From the NCBI GenBank assembly GCA_050084515.1, contig CM114271.1, forward strand, positions 1,240,001 through 1,304,000: DNA of 64,000 nucleotides, read 5' to 3'. Both the position numbers and the translations under genes were made by a program. The DNA is from Blasia pusilla (lineage: Eukaryota). The notes below the pieces were generated by a model. It was not told the origin of the DNA and did not search any database. It was given only the letters and a program-made list of their open reading frames with translations. Positions 38,756 to 52,900 of this stretch are shown piece by piece; the first letter of the stretch is position 1, and each line of letters starts with the position of its first letter.

Positions 38756-41700
38756 TGGGTCTCAAAATACTTGAGCGATATATTATCGGTGAATACACGT
38801 ATCTTGTGAAGTTTCAAATAGTGACGCCACTTCCTCAAGCAATGAATCATCGCGAACAACTCTTTCTCATGAGTGGGCCATCTCTTTTCGGTGTCGCTAA
38901 GCTTCTTACTTTTGTATGCCACATGTCTCCCTTTTTGCACCAACATTCCTGCAATCTCGAAATCACTAGCATCAATGTGCACCTCCAACGGTTGGTTGAA
39001 CTCTAGCAGCTTCAAAACTGGTTCCTGCGAGAGGATCTCCTTGACTCGATTGAGTGCTTTATCTAATTTCTTGGTCCATGTTGTGTTGGCAAACTTTGCG
39101 GTCCAATCAATGAGAGGTTTCACTATTCCAGAAAAGTTTTTCACGTATTTCCAGTAAAACTAAAACGCTCCGATGAACCTCCTCATCCCATTCACAGTGG
39201 AAGGCGGTTCCCATTTGGAAATTGCGCTTACCTTCTCCATGTTTGGACTCACTCCATCTGCACTAACGACATGCCCCAAGAACTTGATCTTCGTTAAACC
39301 GAACTCACTCTTATCCGCATTCGCATACAGCTTGTTCGCCTTGAGTTTCTCAATCACCGTCTTCAAATATCGAGCGTGCTTCTCTAGTGTTTTCGAATAG
39401 ATGAGTATGTCATCTTTATAGATGATCACAAACTCATCCGTCTTCTTATGAAAGATGGAGTTCATCAAAGTGGTGAACATTGGAGGCTCATTATAAAGAC
39501 CGAAAGGCATTACCACAACCTCGAACGAACCGTATCTCGTTCTACACGCAGTCTTCTCTACATCCGCTTCGGCAATCGGAATCTAATAATATCCTGATGT
39601 CAGGTCAATCCGGCTGAAATACTTGGCACCTGAAAATCAATCAAAGAGGTCATCCATCCTTGGGAGAGGATAGTTATTGTTCCTTATCGTCACTTTATTC
39701 AGCGTCTGGTAATCAACACAGAGTCTCAACTTCCCATCCTTCTTCTTCACAAAGAGAACGGGCTCTCCATAAGATGACTTGCTAGTTCGAATCTAACCCG
39801 TCTCTAGGAGTTCACCCAACTATTTCTTCAACTCAACAAGTTCTTCTTGATTCAACCTACATGGCACCTTTGAAGGTGGTTGAGATTCGGGTATCACCTC
39901 TATCTTATGATCAACCGCCCTATGTGGTGGCAACTTAGTCAAAAGCTCCTTAGTCAACACATCTCCAAATTCTTTCACAATTCTCTTGAGTGTTTCAGGG
40001 ATTCCCCTTGAAGTTGAGTTCTGATCTTTGTATCTCACGCTTGCATCATCCTCTACTTGTCTCATCAAGCAAAGGAATCCTTCCTCTAACTTGGTCAAAC
40101 TCATCCTCGTGATGGCGTTCACCAACTCCGTCTTTCTAGGAACCTCACGAACCAATCTGACGTCGGTCTGTTTGCCGTTAACCAAGATGCTGAACCTCAA
40201 AGGTCTTTGCCTCAGTTCCACCTCACACGTATCCAAGAACGTGTTCCCCAAGACTCCATCGATTCCGTCCATTTTGCAAACTGTGAAATTCTCCTTCAAC
40301 TCGAATACTCCGCATCCCACAACTAGCCCTAAAACCAGCTCTGAGGTCTAGTAGGACTTGCCTCTCGCAAATCCTACTCTAATGGGTTCATCCGCCTTAG
40401 TAGTTGGCAATCCCAATGCATTCATGATTCTCAGGCTCAAGAATGAGTGCGAAGCACCTGTATCAACGAGCAACATCACATCACGATTAGCGATCTTGGA
40501 TCCTAGGTAAACTAAATTGGGCGTTCTCTTGGTGACTTTGAGAGATGTATCTATATTTCCCGCCAACAAGTGCTTCGCAGCAAATGCACTTATACTCGGT
40601 TTACTAACCTTGGGCCTCACACATTCCTTAGCCATATGCTTGGGTTTGCCATAATTGTTGCAAATCACTTTGGCATTGCTAACTTCGGGAACGAAAACCC
40701 TCTTGGCTTTGCGTTGACTTATACTCGTTTTGCTCTTGGGGCAAGAGACTCTCCGTGGTCGCGCTCACCCTCATTCCAAAACCTCTTGGGTGCCCCTTTG
40801 TGTTTTGGTAACTTAAAAAAAAATAGCTCAAAGGGTTTGGGTTTTGGACTTCATCGTCCCCTATCCGCTTCGCTAGCCTCACAAGGTCCGCGCACGTCTC
40901 TAGAAGGCATACGAAAGAGGGCCTTTTCGGCGCTTGGCTTGAGTCCACTTAAGAAGATCACCTTCTTTGTAAACTCATTTGTGGAAAGTGAGCTCATTTG
41001 GGCACTGAACTCTCGCACATAGGCGCTAAGGGATCCGCTTTGGCGCAACCTCACAAACTCCATGCTATCGCGATACTCTTGATATTCCGGAGTGAATCGG
41101 TTACCAATCAACTCCTTGAACTCTTCGCAACTCAAAGTTCTTCCATGGACTAGATGTTCTTTATGGTAAACCATCCACCACTACAGAGCGTGATCCTCCA
41201 AAAATGTGACCGCTACAGTCACATTGTCTTGCTCCTCTACCCTTTGCGCTCCGAAGTAAAGTTTGAGTTCCTTTAGAAACTTGCTCACTTTCCAAGAACG
41301 CTCCATATATTCCTGTGAATGCCGTTGGAAAAAATTTCTTACAAAGCTTCTTGCCGGAACTAGAGGCCCCATTTGACTTGAGTTCTACGATCACTTTTCT
41401 GTGTTGGACCATCGGATCTTCCATCACCTTCATCAAATCCATCATTTGGATATAAAAGGCCGTGTCGTTTAAGTTTGGAGCCGAAGGCCCCACGGAAAGA
41501 TTTGCGTTTGGGACATCCTCATGTGTGGGACTCGGCACTTTGGGAGTCGCTATCTCCACATTTGGCTCACAGTCCGTCGTTGATTCGTCTCTCGGTTTCT
41601 TTTATTTGACTTGCGGCTTCCTTGGTTCTTCGCCCTTGGTCGCCATTTGCGAGTCCTCGCTTTCTCAGATCTCCTCCCCGTCTCTTGCGTTCCTCCTCAA
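38756..41700 (-). pseudogene. gag, protease, RT and RNase H of the older Gypsy
   Basis: LLVDTGASH (40348-40668), MPFGL...YKDD (39160-39516), HIDASDF (38725-39144). Confidence 0.9.
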
Positions 41701-44290
41701 GCGTCATGGTCTTCTAGCTACCTGGAGTTCTTCTCAAACATCCACATCTTCTACATCCCCAAGTTCACACTCACCAAGGATTTGCTCTGATTTCACGTAT
41801 CGCGCGCCTACTCTCCTTGAACGTTAATCTTTGTTGTTGCGGAAGTGTGCGTTCAGTAGGTCACGCTCTCAAAACTGATCTACATCCAAACACGCACTCT
41901 AGTTAGTCGAGTCTGGATCAATTAGCGGGCTAACTTTTCGAGTTCTCGACCTTCCTAGTTTTGCAGTTTACAACACATGCAAGTCTCGAAAAACTTGGGA
42001 CACGCTTTCTGGTTCAAGAACCTCTAACGGTATTTCGCACCTGGCGGTTCCAACTCTCCAATGGACATCCAATGAGTCCCTAACCGAGACTTGCAAAAAA
42101 TGAATCATGGGTCGAAATACAAGTGTGGCTTACAAAGTCCACTCCCTTGGATCAGGTTTGGGTTTTGAGTTCCAACGCCAAACTCCCGTTCCATCCCGTA
42201 CCCTTGAGACGCTGTTTGGTGCTCAAAGTGGGGATTCGTGTTCCAAGACATCTTGGAGAGACTCCTCCCTTACTAGCACGTGTGGAGATCTCCGGGGTCC
42301 CCCTAACTTTAGGGAAAGACAGCCGGGCCCCTCAAATTGGCCCTCAACCTGATTGCTCTCACCATTGTTTTCGGCCAATATCTCAGCTTGTTCTCATGCA
42401 TTTTCTGAGATCTTTGGTGCGTTGGAAGCGTCTCAAGATAAAATTTCCAATGCGGATTTATTTGTCTCAGATTTATCTTGAGGCTAAACGTTATGGTCCT
42501 AAACACAATCAATTTCCCCGAACACTAGTCGTGTTCCAAACTGGTTCTCACATCTTTGGCAACCAACCTTCCAAGACCTCATCTCAAGTCTTGGTTCGCG
42601 TTTGGTCTAGGTTTCCTGGTTGCGACCACTAATGCATAAAATTCATAACTCTGTTCTGCGTTTGTCTCTTGGACTTTTCCAAGAGACCTTCCAAAAGCCT
42701 CTCCAAAGCGCGATCATCGCAACGTGAGTCTTCTTAAGTTCTGATGTTCCGCTTGGCGCCTATTTGGTTGTCGTTTGGTTATGAGGGTCGCGATAGCGCC
42801 CTTCTTTTCCCAAACCCGTTGTATACGCATTCCTTTGGACACTCATCATGTTCTGCATGTGTTGCCATGGCAGAACACTCCTCCCATTATAGTATAGATT
42901 ATGAGTCATTTATCGTGAAGAATGACTCAACCTAGTCATATAAACCAAGATTTCTTCTAGTGCTTTGAATACAAATATTTAAGCCTTTTCAAACCGAAAA
43001 AAATCCAAAAAATAATATGGAGCAATGCATGTAGAAATAGAAATAGAAATAGAAACTTATAGAAACTAGGAGGGCAAAGAACATATTCATTAGTGTAACT
43101 TGGTCCAACAAATATAAAAGTTAAGCCCTTTCAAAATTTCTTCTCCCACAAAAAGACTTGTACTATTGTCAAAAATAGAATTTCAATTAGAATTAGGCAA
43201 GATGTCTATTGTGCAACTTTCTCCAAATTTATTTCAAGCCAAAGTATATTAGTCCCAAGAGCATCACCTAAGGTGTAGTGGGGTGGAAGATCCGCTTCAT
43301 TTCTTGCCACAACTTATGATTCATGAAAGCTAGATGAATATCTTCCAAGGTTGCACATGGACAAAGTCCATATCCATGTCCACGGACTTATGTCCTTCAC
43401 TAGGAAAAACATGGCCGTGTGGAGTCGGGATACCCATGGCGTGCATTGGAGCTTGCCAATCTTGTAATATAGACCCGAGTTGGCCAAACCTACACCCATT
43501 CTAATTTATAACCCGTATCAAGCCCATGCATGCCTCAGTAAAAACTAGACTTTGCTAAAGAAGTATGTTCAAGCAATGTAGGTCTTTAAATTATGTGATT
43601 TTATGTGCATCTCTTATCTGATACATGTTCAAGAGAAATTGAAGGCATTTTTCAATAATATTTCTACCACCAACTTGGAACCTAAAGGATAAATGGTGCT
43701 TATTCTCTAGTAGCTCAGCGGTTAATGGATACTATTAAAAGAAATTTGAGATCACTAGTAGGTGGTAGATCAATAAATTTGACAATGGAGGATCAAACAT
43801 CCTTTCTCGGAAACCATAAGGGAGATGAAAGTGGAAGTAAAATCGATGGATTTCAGTACGTGGTGGAATTTGAAGTGATCTATATGTTTTCTTAATGCAA
43901 CCTAGTAGGAACTCAAGTTCCAAATCAATCCTATTAGCCTACTTCCTTGGATTTAGACTATGTCTTGGAAGTTTTATAATGCAAGGATTCTAATTGAAAA
44001 TATCGATGATGCAGACTATAACTAGGTTAGATAAGCTCCTATTGATATTTAAGCTATACGAGGTTCTCCTTAACTACCCTGCTTCTCTAAACATGGAGAA
44101 GAATGGTACCATTAGACAATGGTATATCGATTTTCTCCATTGTGTCAGGGACCACTTCACTTTAGGCTTGTAGACATGTAAGAATGCAAATTCTTTGGGT
44201 CAAATAGAGATAAAAATCTTGAAGGATCATATGGAGGAATATTTCTCCGAATTCTGTTTCACTTTTTCCAAACCGACTCTTTGTGGAGAT

Positions 44291-45925
44291 TGTCATGTCT
44301 TTTAGGAAAGATCGGAGAGATCTAATAGAGCGCCTTTGGAGATACTAGAGGACAACCTCAAGAAGTCAAGGATGACATACAAAGGCCATGGACAACATGC
44401 GATAGCAGATTTCCCCTTCGCTTCAGCTTGTTTGGAGCCATATTGAGAAACTTACTATTTCAAGTAAGTCACAATTTGGTGTGTAGCTTACTTTCTATTT
44501 TAGGAAGTGTCCTTTGACACGCTACAGTAGGTGAAGAGCCAAGGAGCCACTCAGATTCTCCTCCTCGTTTCTTGCGTCCCTCCTCGAGCGTCCGAGTCTA
44601 GCCGCTATCTTGAAATTTCCCAAGCGTCCGGCTGATCCCACAACCCCAAGTTCTCGCTCACCAAGGATAAGCTCTGATACCACTTGTCGCGCCCCTACTC
44701 TCCTTGAACGTCAATCTTTAGTGTTGGAAGGCGTGCGTTGAGGGTCACGAACTCATCGCCCGATCTGCACCCAAACACGCACTCTCGTTAGTCGGGTTTG
44801 GCCAACCGGCGTTCCAACCCACCGAGTCCTCAACTCGGCGTCTCATCAAACTCAACCTTCCTTAGTTCCTACCTCCCAACACATGGCAAGTCCTTCAAGA
44901 CTTGGAACAGACTTCTGGTTAGTCCAGGATCTGAAACGGCACTTACACGCCTAGCGATCCCAACATTCAACGGTCCTCGTGTGAGTTCCGAACCGAGACC
45001 CAAGTAATTGAGTCGCGGCGTGAAATCCAAGAGGGATGTCTAAAATCGCCTCAATGGACTTGGTGCAGGTTTTCCAACCCAACGCCCAAACTCGCGTTCC
45101 GTTCCATGCCCTTGAGCCGCCCCGCGGCGCCCAAAGTGGGGTTTGGGTTCCAAGCACTCTCGGAGACCTTCCCTCTTACTAGTACTTCTGGGGTTCTCCA
45201 ATAACCCCTCCCCTTTGGGAAAAGAGGTCCGGGCCCTTCATTGTGGCCCTCAACCCGACTCCACTTACAGTCGTTTTCGGGTCGTATCTCGGTCGCTGCT
45301 TATGCATTTGCAGCGATCTTTGGTGCGTTTGAACCGGCTCTCCATAAGCTTTCCAACACATTCTTATTTGCTCCAAACGCATCTCGGCGCTAAAAGTTAT
45401 GGCCATAAATACAGTCGGAAACTCTCAAACGCAAGTGGCGTTCCAAGTCCGGATCTTTCCTTTGGCAACCCACTTCCTAGACTCGACTTCTTTCAAGTCT
45501 CATTCCGCGTTTGGTCCAGGTTTCCGAGTCGCGACCATCACATCTGAAACGCGACTTCTCGCTCGCGTCTCATCTCTTGTCTCCTCTTTGAGACAACTCC
45601 AACGCGCAAACCATCTTAGCGTGAGCCCGCTAATGTTCCGATGTTTCACTTGGCACTTGTTTGGTCATGAGGGTCGCGACAGTGACATGCGAGCATAGGC
45701 TACCATGGAGAGGGCTTGGGAGAGGGAAGGGGATATACCTCCAAGAGAGAGAGCTTGAGAGCTCATTATCTCTTTGTTGAACCTCTTGGAATGAGGCGGC
45801 GGAGCTATGGTCCTCCTTACCTTGTGTGTGTAATCCAAGCCCCTCATTAGGAGAGTGGGTTTGGTTTGACATGAGAGAGAGTGCACACCATGGAGAGCTT
45901 GGTATGAGACCTCGTGAGAGATTTG
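44291..45925 (+). mobile_element. LTR relic related to the DNMT-Gypsy copy B LTR, interrupted by a chromovirus fragment
   Basis: Similar to the reverse complement of 21000-21489 on both sides of 44548-45681. Right boundary uncertain. Confidence 0.65.
44548..45681 (-). mobile_element. Truncated chromovirus: 5' LTR (44685-45681), PBS (44671-44682) and short leader
   Basis: Near-identical to ~6795-7924. No internal genes, second LTR or TSD. Confidence 0.9.
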
Positions 45926-46515
45926 ATCGATTAAAAAATATTGGAGATATTTTGGTACTTATCGTCTCGTTGTTTGGATGTCATGAGTTAGTATGGGATC
46001 TTGCGTGTTTGTGTGTATGTTCCCACGCTTCCCTTATGCAGAAAAGATAAATGTCTTACTTTACTTTCCAACATGAAATGTTATTTGTTTTATAGTTTGA
46101 TATTGTTCCTACCAATGGATAGTTTTGCATGACTTGGTAACTATCGAGAGTACTATAATTCAAAGACCGAAGAGACAGAAGCAACTATGAGTTAGAATGT
46201 TGCGCCAAGAGCTCTGGCCAAGACACTACGCGTTGACACTGAATTAGGAAACACTATGATAGGTTAATTGAACAAATATTATCCAATGGAAGTGAAGTCC
46301 TGAATCCGTATTTTAAAGGCTATTTTCGAGCTTTGGTTGGTAAACAGGTGAAATCCCTTAAAACTCTTCTTATCTTAGAAATTGGTAGCATTCTTTCCTA
46401 ATTTTATGGAGGGGGTAGACTATAGTATTCCCTTAGGCTAAGGGAAAATAATGCCTTTCTTTTGGGAGATGGACATATTATCTATGTTCTCCCTCACATT
46501 AGGCTATTAATTAAC

Positions 46516-46517
<2 letters not shown>

Positions 46518-46597
<80 letters not shown>

Positions 46598-46609
46598 AAG
46601 AGAAGAGAG
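46518..46609. repeat. (GA)n microsatellite
   Basis: Directly visible. Confidence 0.98.
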
Positions 46610-47182
46610 TATATCATTTTGAGGTTTGGGCTTTAACTTAGAGAAAATTGGTATCTCGAGCCTACGATAACTTAAGAATGATTACATAAAACTTGTTTGA
46701 TAAATATGCCAAATTGATGAAGACTTTCTCGTAGTCATCATACATTGAAATTTTGTCTCAAGTGTAGTCGCGTTATCAAATGGAAAATTAGTTTTTTGTG
46801 TTATTATTATGAAAAAAATTATTACTAAGATAGAAGAAGCTGTTAGACTTTTGGAAAACCCAAAATTATGAAGTCTTCATGAGCATGGAGGTCAACAATC
46901 AAACAGATTACGATGAATGTGTTCAATGTCCTTGCGCCATTCGATAGCCAGACCATGAAATTATATGTTAGACTATGATGAGAGACACTTTCAAAAAGTG
47001 AAGAATGAGGTTGCCTTGACCTTAGTGGCATTCAAAACTGAACTTAAGTTCCGATTCTACTAGAATACATATGAAAGGCTATGGCTTTTAGGTTTTTCCA
47101 AAACTCCATGGTGCAAAAATGGAACTTAAGTTGTGATTCTATCTAAAGCCTTTGTCCTCCAATCGTGGTGTCAAGGTTCTAA

Positions 47183-47505
47183 TGTCGGATTTTCAACATC
47201 CACTTATCATTATATATCATTAATCTAATCAATCCCCTCATATAACAAAAGGAGTCATAGTAATATGGCATAGATGGTTCATGGAGTAGCACACTTTAGG
47301 ATGATCTAACATTATATTGCATCAAGGTGTTGAGCATTTTGGTGTATCCCAAGGGTCATGGAAAACCATAGCTTCTCCTATTTATAGCTCAAAAACCTTA
47401 GTTTCTTGAGTAGTCATACAATCAGAGAGCCACAATAGGGGCACATTCTCATATATCAAGTTATGTTCACGTCTAGGCTCAATCGAAGCTCTACTATGAA
47501 CCCAC
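47183..47505 (+). repeat. Decayed Copia LTR fragment
   Basis: TGTCGGATTTTCAACATCCACTT and following sequence resemble the LTR starting at 22917. Confidence 0.65.
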
Positions 47506-47509
47506 GTAC

Positions 47510-49170
47510 TAGAACCGGATCTTAAGTGCTAATTCTGAACCAGTCAGAAAAATACTTCCAAATCACCTCTGACCCATTGCCTATCCTCCATAATAGTGTG
47601 GCCCTATTAGGAATAGCCCGACACTTGCCCATAGAAGGATTTTTTTCCCGCTCTAGAATAGCTCTTATCGTTGGAATTGGATCTTGAGAGCAAATTCCAA
47701 GAAATTCTGAATTATATTTCCAAGTCACCTCTGATCCATGACCTATTCTTCATTATACTATGATTGTAATGGGGACATCCCTCCATTTGCCCATAGAACG
47801 ATTATTTTCTGCTAAAAAATAGCTCTTATTGTTGGAATCCAATCTTAAGAGCTAATTCCAAGGCATTTGGAATTATAGTTATAATTCATCTCTGATCCAT
47901 CACCTACTCTCCATAATAGTATGGCCCTATTGAGGTAGCTTCCCACTTGCCTATGGAAGGAGTTGTTTTGGTTCTAGAATAGCTCCTAACGCCGAAATCC
48001 GATCTTAAGAGCTAGTTCAAAATCATTCAGAATTATATTTCCAAATCACCTCTATTCCACCTTCAATCCTCTAGAATAGTATGGTTCCATTGGGGATAGT
48101 CTTGCACACCTCCTTAAAAGGAAGTGTTTATGCTCGAAAACACCTCCTACCACCATAATCCAATCTTGAGAACCAATTGAAAAGCATTTGGAACTACAAT
48201 TATAAGTGACCTCAAGCCCAACACCTATCCTCCATAATAATATGGTCTTGTTGGGGATTTCCCTTCACTTGCCCACAGAAGGATATGTTTTAGCTTGAGA
48301 ATAGCTTCTACCGCCGGAATCCGATCTTAAGAGCTAGTTCATAAGAATTCAAAACTATAATTCCAAATCACCTTTGACCCATGGCCTATTCTCCATATTA
48401 GTATGGTCTTATTGGGCATAGCCCTACACTTGTTCATGGAAGGAGCTATTATGGCTTTGAAACAATTCCTTCATCCAAAATCCGATCTTGAGAGCCAATT
48501 CAAAAGCGTTCTGAATCATAGTTCCAAATCACCTAAGATCCATCACTTATCCTTCATAATAGTATGGTCCTATTGGGGTTAACCCTCCACTCACCCATGG
48601 AAGGAGTTGTTTTAGCTTGGGAATATGTCCTACTTCTAGAATCCAATCTTAAGAGCCAATTCAAAAGTTCCAAATCATCTCTGACCCACCACCAATTCTC
48701 CAAAGTAGTACAGTCCTATTGGGGGTAGTACTGCACTTGCCCTCAGAAGGGACTGTTCAGGCTATGAAAAACTTCTACTATTGGAATGGGATCTTAGGAG
48801 CGAATTCAAAAGCATTCAGAAGTATAGTTCCAAATCATCTTTAACCTATAACCTATCCTTTGAAGTAGTATGGTCCACGGAAGGAGCTCTTGCAACTCCA
48901 AAACATCTCCTACCTCCAGAATCATATCTTAAGAGCCAATTAAAAAGAATTCAAAACTATAGTTCCATAGGACCTATGATCAAACATCTATCCTCAAAAG
49001 TACTATGGTCCTATTGGTTGTAGTACTTAAGATTTGTTATCTTACACTTTACTTGTCCTACTTGGTGTAGGCCTCTATTTGCCGATTGAAGGTTACTATG
49101 TTTGAGCTACATAACACCTTCTACTTTTGGGATTAGATCTTAGGATCCCATTCAAAAGCAGTCAAGACTT
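47510..49170. repeat. Degenerate ~161-bp tandem array, about 10 units
   Basis: Anchor ATCTT(A/G)AGAGC-like at 47519, 47681, 47842, 48002, 48163, 48324, 48485, 48646, 48791, 48926, 49137. Confidence 0.88.
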
Positions 49171-49785
49171 ACAATGCTTCCAAATAATGTTCATTTTGCA
49201 TGACTATTAGATATTTAATCAAAACTTAGGTTTTAAATCTATGTTTCTTTCAAAAAAAGTTAAAGTGTCACTTCCATAATAAATTCAAGTGAATCTCTAA
49301 GTCAACATATCCATCACGATTGCAATCCATTGCATATTCATTAGAGGAGGAAAATATTTTAATTGATTAGCTCACATTACAATGTCAAGTTGCAAATGAA
49401 TGTGATAACATATCCATCAAAAAACTTCCTGGACAAATATATCCAAAAAATTTCTTCACTCTCAAGCTTCTATTCTCTTCAATATCATGTTACAATTCCC
49501 ATTCTATCTACAAATCTATCCAATATTTTATCGAGGAAATTAGGCTATTGACTTGCATACCATGAATTGAATTCAATGTATGCAAGTGTCTCCATTAGAA
49601 AGGGTATAGGAGGTTACAACCAAGATCTAGGAGGCAATGGGGGGAATTCCCCCTTTCCTCCTATAGGTATAATAAGGTAAATATAATTTTATGACATCTT
49701 TATTGCGATAATATACCATCCTTTAAAGGGGCTAAATCCCATAATTTTAATCTCCAGATGTAGGTAAAATTCCATGGGAGGAGTG

Positions 49786-49940
49786 CAAGGTTGCATGGAA
49801 ACAGACAAGTCCGTCCATGAAAGTTATATGCCCACGGACATGCCGCGGCCTACATTTGAGCGCGAAGAGCCCGTTACATAAATCCAGACTCGCCGAGCCC
49901 ACACTCAGGTTGTGACCCGCGCGCCGCCCATGGAACCTTA
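49786..49940. mobile_element. 155-bp MITE-like element
   Basis: CAAGGTTGCATGG versus reverse complement TAAGGTTCCATGG (11/13). Left end matches the right end of 23945-24535. No clear TSD. Confidence 0.45.
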
Positions 49941-52900
49941 AAAATGCCTTCACTTCATTTAATCAATCATGATTCCACCTCTAAGCAAAAACCTGAGTGA
50001 AAAAAAAGTGTATAATCTACCCACTTTGCTACATACCACAATTTTTCCCCAATGGTAAACTCATTATCTACTTATTGAATCTCCACCTTGTTGTTTAAGG
50101 GTTGGGTTGAGGTGGTTAAGAACTTTTTTTTTGCATATTTATATATTGAAGTTGCTCAAAGTTGATAATTAGTATTTCCAACCTCTCTAATACAAACACC
50201 TTTGGGGCCTATTAAATTTTAGATCGCTCATGTATCGTAAGTAAATCAAATATCTATTTACACATCATGCATTATTCAATAAAAATGTAACTTCCCTTTT
50301 ATACATAAAATAACATATCAGTCGTTTCCATGGAGGGGAATTTTAAGAAGTCCAAGTTTTAGATAAAGGTGATTATGATAATATGGTAGTGGAAATATAT
50401 TAGATTATGATTGGAACAGTCTAGCATAAACAAATATTTAAGTATGGTACAATTGTACAAATATGGTATAATTATAATAAGCTTAAGCTAATTATAATTT
50501 GAATAACCATAAAATAAGTGATCAAGTCTCATGATTATCTCAATCTATACTTGACTTTGATTATTCTATGTGATTCTTTCTATTAGATTTTGGACAAGGA
50601 ATTCTATGTACAATGACATGTTTATGTAAAGATCATATAATTCCATCATGTTTCAATCCAACCTTTAGTTATTTAAAATTTACTTAACAGAAAGGGGAAT
50701 ACATGTTAATTACAAAATCTTTTAAAGAACTAACTATGAACTAGAGTGATGAAGAATTCAAATGTATTTTCTATGGGTCATTATGGGTTATTTCCACTAC
50801 ACTAATCAAATATATTTGTTGTAAAAATACTTGAAACTACAATAATAACCTTAACCAAGCATTTGGACTTCCGAAATTTTTCCTCCATTGAAGTCAATGA
50901 TTCTGTTCTTTTGTGTAACAACATGTACTACAATTGAAGGAAGGAGGTACCATATCGGAAAATCATCTTCTAAAACAAGCAAAAACACTAATATTGTTAG
51001 ATGTTGTATGTAGTATGGGAAATTAGTAGGCCAATACGTCCAACTCTAGTTGATCACTCAAGTCCAAAAGAAAGAAACTGCTTTCAAGCTCCATTTCGCT
51101 TTCTTATTCTATTGAAATATCACTCCTAATAAATAAATTTAGTATGTGCCTCTCGCACTTACATAGAGTTGTCATTGAAACTAATGGAGAATTATGATGT
51201 TAAAGGAGTTGAATTGGAGGATGGAGAGCATGCAATATACTTATTTTCAACATTCTTCTCTAATGATGCTTTACGTTATATTTTTGGATTATCATATTAT
51301 AAAATTTATTTATAGTTTTTTATTTTATGTTAATGAAATGATGTATTTTATTTCAATTTAATTAATTATCCCTAATATATATTATTCATACAAAATAAAT
51401 CAAAATTTAATACCTCTATAAGTAATGTATAAGACCTCAACTAATGTTAACATGCATTAAGAACAAATAGAATAGTTTTTCAATAAGTTAACCTCCAAGA
51501 TTTAGAGTGATAGCTACCAAATGGGGGTCAATGTATCACATGTTTGAGGCATGATCAAAGAAATGAAGAATGAATTAGGATTATCTAATCAAACTTATCA
51601 TAATAAGGAATGTCTCCTTCTCATAGGTGAATGCCTATCGATTAAAAGATCTTTCAAGTTCTCCTTGTACCCATATATTAATCATCCAAAAGAATCAATC
51701 ACTTGTATACTTGTATGTAGTCTTACTATAAATTTTTATGGCATCAAATTCCATAAAATAATAATCGATATTGCTAGTTACCCGTAAATAGAATATGAAG
51801 GAAATCATTGATATTTTTTTTCCTGGTTGAAAATGGATTGATCCATGCCTTTTGGGCGTAATTTGTAAGAAGAAGATAAATCTTCATTTTTCTCTTTTGA
51901 TGCTTCAAAAAGGCATTTCCCCCTATTTAAGTAGTGCATTTGTGTAGTTTAAATCAAAGAAAGTATTTGTTAGAAATATAAAAAAACTTTCCAAGATTAT
52001 TGTGGTCATTTGAATAGATGGAATTGGAATTAACAATACCTTATTTGAAAGTTGATTTATATATTTCAAAACAACACGAACAAGGATTTTTTTCTACAAT
52101 ATTGTATATACATATTGAGAAAAAAATCTTGGAATCAGAATCTCATGGAGTTAAAAGTCTAGAATAGAGTCTTATGGATCTAAGAAAGAGAAAAGAGTCA
52201 CGAATCATATCCCCAATTAGATGGATAAGATCTATGAAAATGGCATTATTTTGAGACATATGTGCAAGCTTTTCTCTCCACTTATTTTTTTAATACTGAC
52301 TTTCGTAAGATTTTTTCTTCCAGGAAAAAAACCATAGAATCTTTGTAAAATACCTGAAAACACTTGACCCATTGAAAGTGGCCCGTAGTTTGAATGAATC
52401 GATATCTTTTGAAAACTCTATGTATATTCCAACAAATGATGCATCGATTGGAGATAAATTTTTTTAATAATAGAAAAAAATCAATGGACCTCATGGTGGA
52501 ATTGAATGTCATTTTACATCATCAATTCTTTGATTAGCGCTCACTTAGAAGTTCTCGACATATTCAAATCTCATCACAAGTCAAAAGGTCAAAATATATC
52601 ATTGACCTTAGTGTAGTTCTATAGCATTAAAAGTCAACAAGTTTATTATTGGCACACATATTGAGATTTCCCATTATGTCCATATTACTTGAATTTGCAC
52701 TCGGGGCCCCAACCAAAGATGACTACGCTTTTGGGGATATTATGGTATATGCATAAGGCTTTTTTTTTTTTAATATCATATTCCACATGAATAAATTATT
52801 GAACAGTAATCTTATGAGTTTAGAAGAATTTTGATTAAACTCTTTGGAATCTACAATCTCTGGAACTATATGTTAATTTTTTCATTAGGATATATTCTAA

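Larger units (their letters stand above)
29195..42795 (-). mobile_element. Older chromodomain Gypsy element, related to 612-7924, with nested Copia
   Basis: LTRs 29195-30221 and 41798-42795, TSD GCGCC at 29190-29194 and 42796-42800, decayed PBS at ~41784-41795, PPT next to 30222. Confidence 0.92.

Noticed and set aside
43711-43725. A-box-like TAGCTCAGCGG suggesting a tRNA
   Set aside because: No B box or cloverleaf follows.
47510-49170. CRISPR-like array or repeat-protein gene
   Set aside because: Whole units are homologous with no unique spacers, there are no cas genes, and there is no open frame.
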